DNA from: Phyllobates terribilis
Lineage: Eukaryota
Reading direction: 5' to 3'
Assembly: GCF_046119375.1 (NCBI RefSeq)
Contig: NW_027362768.1
Location: 14,570,001-14,634,000 of the forward strand
DNA length: 64,000 nucleotides
Shown here: positions 36,931-47,490 of the stretch, in pieces
How positions within the stretch are numbered: position 1 is the stretch's first letter
How the letters are laid out: each line of letters begins with the position of its first letter
Notes under the pieces: model-generated
Told to the model about the DNA's origin: nothing
What the model saw: only the letters and a program-made list of their open reading frames with translations
The model's database searches: none
Program-made: the position numbers and the translations under genes

Positions 36931-39002
36931 AGAATAGTGCTATGCCCAAAAGGTTTTACTTCACTAGGTGCAGTAAAAAAATTGGTATTCTATACACAGG
37001 TGGTGTAGCTTGCAACACAGATAGGCTACTCCACTGACTAACATACTCTGCAATAGGCCAAAAAGGATTAGATTTGCTAGATTCAGCCAAATGCTGTGAA
37101 AAAAACTTGCACAGCACTGGCACAGACCTGCCTGGCAAAAACTGATAGGAACTGATGTAATTTAGTCCTGAAAAGGACTGCAATTACAATTAGTCTTTAC
37201 TCCCACAACCTATCTATTTAAGAGCACAGACCAGCCTGATAAAAGTCGTAGGAAATGCTGTAACCTAGTCCTTAAAAGGACTGCAATCACAACTATTCCC
37301 TACTCCCAAGCTATCTGTAGATTTGTGCGAAAATTGGCTTGAAATTAACAAGGTATAGCGCACACAGCAACAGCGGTGCCGTCTAACAAGCAGCTGCAGC
37401 AGTGAGAAAATGGTGGCGACGGGGAAAATGGCTGGGTCTTATAGGGCAAGGACATGTGACATACACTGCCAATGACACATGCCCTTGCTTGTGTGAAAAA
37501 AAGCACTTCGCTCCGTGTGTGCGCTGCTGATAGGCTGACAGATTGCACCTCCCCACTGTAAATGCGGGAAAGAGAAAAAAAAATGGAGATCTTCATTATT
37601 CCTGCAGAGATCCATCCCCTGCCCCTCCCCCCGCCCCGCTGTACACTCAAACTGCGTATTAACATTAATTTTCATCATTACTGAGAAAAAATCCAGTTAT
37701 GATTTTGGTGCACGAACAGTTATCGAACATAACCTCGAACAGCCGAATTTTTCTCAAATCGTTCGTGTTCGCCGAACGGCTCGAACACCGCTCAAAACAG
37801 CTCGAATTTGAGATTGGCGAACAGTTCGAGTCGAACAACGCTCAACTCTAGTTATAAGGCAGAATGTTAATAGTATACTTCCCAAGGAATATTTAAATTT
37901 TACTTAAGCTGTTAAAATTTCACAAATACAGTATACAAAGGGGAAGTTTAACTGTCACTCTACAATTTACATTTTTTTTTAGTTTTAGTAACAAAATATC
38001 GTCTTGCTTCTATTAAAGGAATCCTAAAATATAGCTAATTAAAATATATGTTTTGTAAATCTAGTGTTGTTTAGAAAAAATGTGATATAGTAGACATATT
38101 TACAGCTAACAATGTTTTAAATAGCTCCTTGGTGACCATGTTAAATTGTGTACCAGGATAGACCAGGATAGACCCTCTAACAATTTCATGCCATTATATA
38201 CATTGACTTTATTCACTTCTATACATTTATGTCTGTTTCTATTACAGGTGTGACTATCATGAAGCACCAATACACCTCTGTGTTCCCCTATTTTTAATTT
38301 TGCTGTCCTCTTTTGCTGTGGGGAGCTGTTGAGCCCCCTAAAGCACTAGGGTCCATGTGTGACTATACCCTTTACACTCCTCATAGTTACACCTCTATAT
38401 GTAAATGAACAGACAATTTGCAATTAAAAATGGATAGTGTGTTGTGTTGTAGCTACAGTAATGAGGAATGGTAAAGCTATACAAAGTATACAGACCATCA
38501 TCTCAACAACCACGTTTTAGCAGAGTTGACTTTCTCATTAACAAAGTGTTTATTGCCTGCAATAAAAGAGAAAATTTGTTTCATTTTGAGCTTGATATTA
38601 TCATTCAACCCCTTTCTTGTCCGTGACTCCATCCCTTCTCGTTAGAGCACAGCTGCTTGATGTACAAATGAGAAATGAAGAAGCTTTTAGCAGAAGCGAA
38701 GGTTCATAAGAGACTAAAAAGTTCAGTGCAACCTTGAAACAAGTTTAGATGAGGGAAGGCAAACAATGTGGTCATCCATTTGGTAGAACGATTAACACTG
38801 TGAGTTCGTAATGCAAGTTTCCAAAAAATTGAATAAATGAATAAAACATAATTGTGATATTGAGCATTTGTATGGCATTTGTTGTAGGATAACCAGTAAA
38901 TAGAATAGCAAGTGACAGAACAACAGTACCTGTTTCATACCATGTACTGTAGCTCTTTTTAATATGAATAGAAGGAGAGGGCAGAGTGGAGGGTGCACTT
39001 AA

Positions 39003-40272
39003 CCCCTTTAAAGCCTGGGGCATATTAGTACGCCCCAGGCCATCACCCCCAGTTCAATGAGGGCTCCGGCGGTGAGCCCGCATTGAACCGAGCACATGTC
39101 AGCTGATTATTACAGCTGACATGTGCCCGCAACAGCCGCGAGTGGAATCGCGATCCACCTGTGGCTGTTAACCAGTTAAATGCCGCTGTCAATCTCTGAC
39201 AGCGGCATTTAACAGCGCCGCTCCGGAAGGGCGTCACTTACCCTGCCCATCGGTGACCCAGTCACGTGATCGCGGGTCACTGATGGGTGGGCATGACAAC
39301 CCTGGGTCTGCAGCAGACCCCAGTGGTTGTCATGTAATGATCGCTACAAGCGCCACCTAGTGGTCGGTGCTCATAGCACAGGAGCATTTCTGCTACATAG
39401 AGGTGATCTGTTCATCACCTCTATGTAGCAGAGGCGATCGGACAGTTGCTGCTTCTAGTCTCCTATGGAGACTATAGAAGCAAGCAAAAAGTGTAAAAAA
39501 AATGTTTTTAAAAATATAAAAAAAGGGAAAAAATATAAAGTTTAAATCACCCCCCCTTTCGCCCCATTCAAAATAAAATAATAAAAAAAAAAACCAGATA
39601 CACATATTTGGTATCGCCGCATTCAGAATCGCCCGATCTATCAATATAAAAAAAGAACTAATTTGAATGATAAACGGCGTAACGATAAAAAAATTGTAAA
39701 CGAAAGAATTAAGTTTTTTGGTCGCCGCAACATTGCAATAAAATGTAATAATAGAAAATCAAAACATCAGATCTACCCCAAAATGATATCAATAAAAATG
39801 TCAGCTTGGCGCACAAAAAATAAGCCCTCACCCGGCCCCAGATCTTGAAAAATGGAGACGCTACGGGTCTCGGAAAATGGCGCCATTATTATTTTTTTTT
39901 TTATGAACTTTGTATTTTTTTTTCACCGCTTAAATAAAAAAGAACCTATACATGTTTTATATCTACGAACTCGTAATGACCTGGAGAATAATAATGGCAG
40001 GTCGGTTTTAGCATTCAGTGAATGTGGTAAAAAAAACAAACATCTGTGTTATTGCACTTTTTTTGCAATTTCACCGCATTTGGAATTTTTTCCCGCTTTC
40101 CCATACACGATATGGTAAAACCAGTAATGTCGTTCAAAAGAACAACTCATCCCACAAAAAATAAGCCCTCACATGGCCATATTAACCAAAAAATTAAAAC
40201 GCTATGGCTCGGGGAACAAGGGAAGCAAAAAACGAAAATGCTAAAGTGGAAAATCCCAGGGTCTTTAAGGGG
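39003..40272. mobile_element. Complete TTAA-flanked (T2/Kolobok-like) MITE, ~1.27 kb
   Basis: TTAA at 38999-39002 and 40273-40276. TIRs cccctttaaagcctggg / cccagggtctttaagggg. Several internal palindromes; no ORF. Confidence 0.85.
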
Positions 40273-40976
40273 TTAAAAATAACAGCGTGATTATAATACT
40301 CCTGAATAAAAATATCTGTCCCTGAAGGATTGACTCTCACTATGCTCCCTGCACAAAATATGGCTCCCACACAGTCCCTCTTTTGGTACATGCCCACCAT
40401 TATGTCAACTTCTTTCCATACTGGCACCTGTCTTTACACTATTCCATCACACTGTGCCCCCTTATACTGCCAAGTCTGTATACTAGTATACATGCAACAG
40501 CCTTAAGTACATGCACAAGAGCAAACATAGCTGATAAACCATAAGATCTAGGTCAGCATGAGCTCCACTCCAAAAGCATACTTAAACCAAGGAGAAAATA
40601 TGGAGTAGCTTAGGTAAGAAACAATCTTTATTGAACACATAAACATCAAAAATTAATAATCAAATCACAGCATTTACACAGATAGGGGTAAAAAGGGAGT
40701 CGAGGAGAAGCAGCACTGAACAGCTCGTGAACCCCCACACACCCACATCATATTTGTAAATTGCGGGGTGAAGACTCCTAAGGTGAGGTGGCTTATCAGA
40801 GTTTAGAAAACATGGACAGGGAACAGTCAATCATTCATTGTAACCAGGACTAAGAAACGTCCATAGTCTCATATTAGGTCCACAGTCCCAGTATATATAG
40901 ATAAAAAAGAACCTTACCAGAGGAGATGGGACACGAAGCTAAAGTGCTGAGTGCAATAGACCCATGGAAGGAGCCG

Positions 40977-41021
40977 CCTCAACGCGCGTTTCGCCTGAGT
41001 AGATGTGGCTTTCTCAAGAGG
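40977..41021 (-). ncRNA. Minimal type I hammerhead-like ribozyme motif (U3-A8 variant)
   Basis: Minus strand reads CCTC TTGAGAA A GCC acatctactca GGC GAAA CGCGCG TT GAGG, with stems I-III and a GUU cleavage triplet. Confidence 0.6.
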
Positions 41022-41706
41022 CTGGGGCAACAATGCATGAAAGGACCTTAAATATGTTAATTCTGTGGTCATGTGACACATCACATGACCATCTAGTGAT
41101 GTCAGACTTCCGCACAGTGGCGCATGCGCCGTAGGTGTCCTGTCGCGCGCGTCCAAGCTGTCATACCTACCGCGCGTGTGCATAGCGCACTGAGCAGAAG
41201 GCTACAGACAGCGGGGCGCGCGCACTCCGAGGGAAACCGACGGTCCGCATGTGCACAATGTTAGTCAGCATACCAGCAGCAAGATATGTAACAAGATGGT
41301 AAACCATATTGATTATTGTCGAACATATTCAATATTGGTGTGAGCATCCAGTACAATTTACCAGGACGTCAGCAACATTGCACATAGTAGCAATTCCTAT
41401 ACATCATCAGATGGCATAAAGTTATTTCCACATTAAATTTACAACATAACTCATCACATAGATATTATAAAATTCTGGGCAGAAGATGTTCTTCCCAGTA
41501 GCTGAAGGTGAAATGTAGAAATGAACATGACCACAGAAAAAGTCTGTATAGGGGTATACAGCGCATCATCACTAGAATAAGAATAAAAGAATGTAAAAGT
41601 TACACTCAAAACATAAGAAACTATACTGTTAAAAACATATTAAAATTGATCACATGGGGTTACGTTACAGAGAGAGCAGGAGAGTAGAGCCAGGAACCAT
41701 TGTAAA

Positions 41707-42015
41707 TCATAAGAACGCGGCAAAACTAAAAGCCTCATTTAATCCACGTGGGCTAACCGTGTCCAGATTGACCATCCATCTCACCTCCCTTTGGGCTAAA
41801 TGTTTAATGTTCCCACCCCGAGAGCCGAGACGCACCACTTCTATACCACGTATCTGCACTGACCTCGGATCACAGTCGTGTACTGCCTTAAAATGTCGTG
41901 GTAGCGTCTTCAGCTCCCGGGTTTCCCGTGCGGTCGCTGTCTTGCCTGCGCCAATGTCCTGCGCAGTGTTTCTTTCACGTCCTCTGACGGCTCCCGTGAA
42001 TTTAAAATCTTGCAA
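41707..42015 (-). pseudogene. GIY-YIG endonuclease C-terminal fragment (left arm)
   Basis: ...LAQREVRWMVNLDTVSPRGLNE, a near-copy of 42010-42378 that degrades near the palindrome centre. Confidence 0.8.
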
Positions 42016-42378
42016 TATATTTCATGTAACACCAATAATGTTATATATTACGCGACTTGTGGGTGCAATTTTATCTACATAGGTCTGACATCACGGAAGC
42101 TTCGTGTCAGGGTACGTGAGCACGTGCGGGACATTGGTGTGGCCAGGACGGCGGCCGATCCCCGGGAGCTGAAGACGCTACCACGACATTTTAAGGCAGT
42201 ACACGACTGTGATCCGAGGTCACTGCAGATACGTGGTATAGAAGTGGTGTGTCTCGGCTCTCGGGGTGGGAACATTAAACAACGTTTTGCCCAAAGGGAG
42301 GTGAGATGGATGGTCAATCTGGACACGGTTAGCCCACGTGGATTAAATGAGGCTTTTAGTTTTGCCGCGTTCTTATGA
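42010..42378 (+). pseudogene. Penelope GIY-YIG endonuclease domain (5'-truncated ORF)
   Basis: SCNTNNVIYYATCGCNFIYIGLTSRKLRVRVREH...QREVRWMVNLDTVSPRGLNE. Confidence 0.9.
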
Positions 42379-43063
42379 TTTAGAATTGTTCCTGGCTCTA
42401 CTCTCCTGCTCTCTTTGTAACGTAACCCCATGTGATCAATTTTAATATGTTTTTAACAGTATAGTTTCTTATGTTTTGGGTGTAACTTTTACATTCTTTT
42501 AGTCTTATTCTAGTGATGATGCGTTGTATACCCCTATACAGAGTTTTTCTGTGGTCATGTTCATTTCTACATTTCACCTTCAGCTACTTGGAAGAACATC
42601 TTCTGCCCAGAATTTTATAATATCTATGTGATGAGTTATGTTGTAAATTTAATGTGGAAATAACTTTATGCCATCTGATGATGTATTCGAATTGCTACTA
42701 TGTGCAATGTTGCTGATGTCCTGGTAAATTGTACTGGATGCTCACATCAATATTGAATATGTTCCACAATAATCAATATGGTTTACAATCTTGTTACATA
42801 TCTTGCTGCTGGCATGCTGACTAATGTTGTGCGCATGCGGACCGTCGGTTTCCCTCGGAGTGCGCGCACCCCGCTGTCTGTCGCCTTCTGCTCAGTGCGC
42901 TTTGCGCACGCACGGTAGGCATGACAGCTTGGACGGGCGCGACAGGACACCTACGGCGCATGCGCCGCTGTGCGGAAGTCTGACATCACAAGATGGTCAT
43001 GTGATGTGTCACATGACCACAGAATTAACTTATTTAAGGTCCTTACATGCATTGTTGCCCCAG

Positions 43064-43108
43064 CCTCTTGAGAAAGCCACATCTACTCAGGCGAAATGCG
43101 CATTGAGG
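43064..43108 (+). ncRNA. Minimal hammerhead-like motif, second arm
   Basis: CCTC TTGAGAA A GCC...GGC GAAA TGCGCA TT GAGG. Confidence 0.55.
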
Positions 43109-43514
43109 CGGCTCCTTCCATGGGTCTATTGCACTCAGCACTTTAGCTTCGTGTCCCATCTCCTCTGGTAAGGTTCTTTTTTATCTATATATACTGGGAC
43201 TGTGGAACTAATATGAGACTATGCACGTTTCTTAGTCCTGGTTACAATGAATGATTGACTGTTCCCTGTCCATGTTTTCTAAACTCTGATAAGTCACCTC
43301 ACCTCAGGAGTCCTCACCCCGCAATTTACAAATATGATGTGGGTGTGTGGGGGTTCACGAGCTGTTCAGTGCTGTTTCTTCTCGACTCCCTTTTTACCCC
43401 TATCTGTGTAAATGCTGTGATTTGATTATTCATTTTTGATATTTATGTATTCAATAAAGATTGTTTCTTACCTAAGCTACTCCATATTTTCTCCTAGGTT
43501 CAAGTCTGTATACT

Positions 43515-43960
43515 GTGGCCCCTCCTCCCTCTGAATATTGTGCCCGCCATGCTGTGCCCTCACACTGTTTCCCCCTCTATACTGTCCCCTCACACTACTT
43601 AGTCTTTATACTGATACTATGCACACTCACATTTTTCTCCCTCCGTAGTACTCCCTCACACATTTCTCTCCATTTATTTCTCCATCATACTGTCCTCTCA
43701 CACTCACCAATACTTACCCCTCACAAATTTCTTCCCCCCTACATCTCCTCATACATTCCCCCACAATACCCATACTCTATTCTCACACATTTACCTCCTC
43801 CCATCATAATGACTCCCCACACATTCACTCCCCCTCCCCCCTTCCCAATAATGTCTCATCACACATTTTCTCATACGGTCTCCCAACACATTTCCCTTTC
43901 CTCATACTTTCTTCTAACACTCCTCCTCATAGCCTCTCATACTGCCCCCTCATAAGATTC
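43515..43960. repeat. C/A/T-rich low-complexity degenerate repeat
   Basis: G-poor short units such as catactgtcccctcacac. A similar tract lies at 40330-40484 on the other side of the Penelope insertion. Confidence 0.6.
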
Positions 43961-46097
43961 CCCATGATAATAAAACTTTGGTTTCTTCATTTCTATTGGA
44001 GCGCTTATCATGCCGACATTCACCGCCAATGCGGTGCAGGAAAATGGCATCAGCAGCGTGATCAGGTTACCTGATTCAGACATTGCCTTGACCAAGAAGT
44101 GCCAGTGGTCAGGGCTTCAATTGTACAACGCCTGAAAGAACCCTACCAGTATCACTCTTATCAAATTATACTCCTCTTCTATCTGCTATTTTTCTAACTA
44201 GTTCACTGTACCCATTCAAATAGGGCTTTGGATAACACTCCCTCATTAGCGCGGTAGTTATTATCTATATTCATATATATTTTTTGCTAACAAAGGTTAT
44301 TTCTTCATATTTATTATTGTTGTGTGATTATTACCATTATGTTTTTCCTCCTACGTTTGTGTATCTAGATCTAAATCCAGAGATCAGTGAGGAGAGGAGG
44401 GTGTGTTCTTTTCTTCCCTGCATGACACTGCCTGCTCATAATTGGTCGACATAAAGCAGAGGAAGAAGTAAACACCCCACAGTGACAAATCTTTGGTAAC
44501 ACCCAATTGAACAATAGCATGAATCATAACCTATACTTTACAAGCTGATATCACCATACTAGAGAGGAGAAATTAAAAACAATGCTTTGCTCAGCTCTGC
44601 AGCCACTATTCCATGATGTAGCCAATTTAACATACTCATACTAATGAAATGTCATCTTTAAATAAAAATAAAGAAAGAAACATTAACGTCAAAAGAAAGT
44701 TAGACTGAATTTAGCTAATTTGCAAAAGTGCACATCATTTTATTTACCTAAAAGATGTTTTGGTTTGACAAATTGATCCAAATTGCCAACTGATTCTTAT
44801 AGAAGCGCAAGTTTCTTCAAATGACAGCAAACATTAAGGCATTTTATATAGTAATAATTACTTATTCTTCCAGGTACACACCGCTGAATAGTAAGCCAAA
44901 CACCTTGTTTCTTCATCACTCACAAATAAATAGAACAAAATTATTTCCTGCGTGTTAAACCTGTAGATGTGGATGCGAAGTTACGTGTGACAACGGGAAG
45001 ACGCCAGATGTCTCTGTATTCGGTCCTTTCTCTGTCTGTCTGAATTACATTAAACCCCATCTTGGCAAGTTCATTATTTATAATCCACGGAGACACTATC
45101 ATTTCGATAACCCTCTTTCCAGTGCTGGATAACAAAGAGATGGACCCTATAAGAGGCAGTTAAATACGGCTAGTGATAAGAACAGTCAGCAAGGCCTCTT
45201 TACAAGCTTTGTGAGAGACTAGTAATCCTCTAATCTACAGCGTGTGTCTCCCAGCTCTCTTTTCATGCTCTATTACTTATGCGCTTGCCTGTCTTTCTTC
45301 CTTGAGCCTCTCTACAAAACCGTGTCTGTTTTTATTACCTGACGAAATACGTTTCAGTAACCTGGCTGAACTTTGACATTTTTGTTTAAATATATAGGCC
45401 ATACAATGAATGGGAAAAACTCTTCTTAGATGTTTTTTTTTCTGTCAGACAAATTGAAAGCGTTAGGGAAAAAAGAAATCAGAAGAGAGGTGCTATAACT
45501 ACATTTTCTATCAAATAATTTTTCATCCTAAACCACTTAAGAACAGAATCGCAGACAGTATTCAAAAACTGCTATCTAAGACTGTATAATGCGGTGTATA
45601 CAGTGAATGAAATTCTAAGAAGATACATAGAGGGATATTAGAGAATGTGAAAAATGACAATGGAAAAGCTTCTTTTTTTCTGAGACGATCCTTACATTTT
45701 AAGATTGTAATTTGACTGAGCCCAGATCCCCAATAATTCATTAATGGGACAATAGTCTAGGTCAGCCTTTTACAAACCACATTTGTTAGCCTGAAAATTT
45801 TTCTGCATGAAATAATACTTTATACAGAAAGGGTTTTCCGGGATTGAACAAAATTTGCCTAAAGGTGAAAGTGGGAAACAATAATTAAAAACCAAATATT
45901 CACCTGTAAATTTCCCTCAAATCCTCTCCTCTAGTTACAAAATGAGGTGCAGTCTATTACACATGGTTGCCTCAGTCAATTATTGATGTCAGAGTTGTGT
46001 AATGCAAGATCATGTAAGATTTTCTTTATCTTTCTATCTTTACCACTTTAAATATAAGAAAGTTCTGCTCATATAAGATATAGCAGATTAGTATTTA

Positions 46098-47490
46098 TCG
46101 TATATACTCGAGTATAAGCAGAGTGTTTCAGCACATTATTTGTGCTGAAAAAGCCCCCCTTGGCTTATACTCGGGTATATACTTGAGTCTATAGAAATTC
46201 CGTTGGTGGATAGTGGGGGGGTTGCGGTGGCGGAGGAGTGGGGTGCATGCAGAAGCCGCTGCTGCTGCTACCACGTGTGCCTGCTGCTAAAATGAAATGA
46301 ATATCCCCTCTTCTCCACTCCCATGGGCGTAGAGAAGAATGAATATTCATTCTCTTTAGTAGCGGGCACAGAGGAGCGCTGAGCCGCAGCTCCTGCTGAC
46401 AGTGCCCGCTACTAAAGAGAATGCATATTCACTCCTCTCCACGCACATACTGTAGTTCCGGCGTGGAGAGGAGTAAATATGCCGGCTGTTCACATCAGCA
46501 TCTGAGAGCAAATGGCTGTAATGCCATGCGCTGCTCAGATGCTGACATGAGCTGCTGGCAGGCAGAACGCAGCTCTTAAGCAAAGGTGAGGAAGGAAGGT
46601 GAGTATAAGTGTTTATTTTTTTATGTGTGCAGTGAGGGGGGCATACATACCAGGATTGGGGGATGAGGGGTGCCATACATACCAGGATTGGGGGATGAGG
46701 AGGCCACACATACCAGGATTGGGGGATGAGGGGTGCCATACATACCAGGATTGGAGGATGAGGGGGCCATACATACCAGGATTGGGGATGAGGAGGCCAT
46801 GCATTCCAGGATTGGGGATGAGGGGGGCCATGCATACCAGGATTGGGGATGAGGGTGCCATACATACCAGAATTGGAGATGAGGGTGCCATACATACCAG
46901 GATTGGGGATGAGGGGGCCATGCATACCAGGATTGGGGATGAGGGGGGCATGCATACCAGGATTAGGGATGAGGGGGCCATACATACCAGGATTGTAGAT
47001 GAGAGTGCAATGCACACCAGGATTGGGGATGAGGGGGGCCATGCATACCAGAATTGGGGATGAGGTTGCCAGGCATACCATGATTGGGGAAGGGGGAGCC
47101 ATGCATACCAGGATTGGAGATGAGGGGGCCATGCATACCAGGATTGGGGATGAGGGGGGCCATGCATATGAGGATTGGGGATGAGAGGGGCCATGCATGC
47201 TAGGATTGGGGATGAGGAGTGCCATGCATACCAGGATTGGGGATGAGGGGGCCATGCATACCTGGATTGGGGATGAGGGAGCAATGCCTACCAGGATTGG
47301 GGATGAGGGGACCATGTATACCAGGATTGGGGATGAGTGGGCAATACTTACCAGGATGGGTAAATTTACCAGTAGCTGCTGCATTCCCACCCTAGGCTTA
47401 TACTCGAGTCAATAAGTTTTCCCATTGTTTTGCGGTAAAATTAGGTACCTCGGCTTATACTCGGGTTGGCTTTTACTCGAGTATACATGG
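46098..47490. mobile_element. Non-autonomous Tc1/pogo-type MITE
   Basis: TA|tcgtatatactcgagtataagc ... gcttttactcgagtatacatgg|TA. Internal repeats of ggcttatactcg(a/g). Confidence 0.8.
46640..47360. repeat. 30-bp G-rich minisatellite (~23 units) inside the MITE
   Basis: Consensus gccatgcataccaggattggggatgagggg. Confidence 0.93.

Larger units (their letters stand above)
27152..37850 (-). mobile_element. Giant composite hAT DNA transposon, copy 2 (10,699 bp)
   Basis: TIRs TAGTGTTGAGCC / TAGAGTTGAGCG (10/12). Flanks GTTATAGG (27144-27151) and GTTATAAG (37851-37858) form a 7/8 TSD. Collinear with copy 1 throughout. Confidence 0.94.
40485..43500. mobile_element. Penelope-like retroelement, 5'-truncated inverted (head-to-head) dimer
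   Basis: Inverted arms ~40580-41999 and ~42090-43505, each encoding the GIY-YIG C-terminus. Direct repeat caagtctgtatact at 40471-40484 and 43501-43514. Confidence 0.88.

Noticed and set aside
27152-37850. Assembly duplication as the origin of hAT copy 2
   Set aside because: Different flanks and TSDs, scattered substitutions, private indels and different array lengths argue against it.
45040-45075. Short-chain dehydrogenase similarity (ELAKMGFNVI)
   Set aside because: The upstream TGxxxGIG motif is missing and the match is too short.
46356-47415. 344-aa and other Pro/Gly-rich ORFs
   Set aside because: Translations of a 30-bp minisatellite, open in several frames on both strands.
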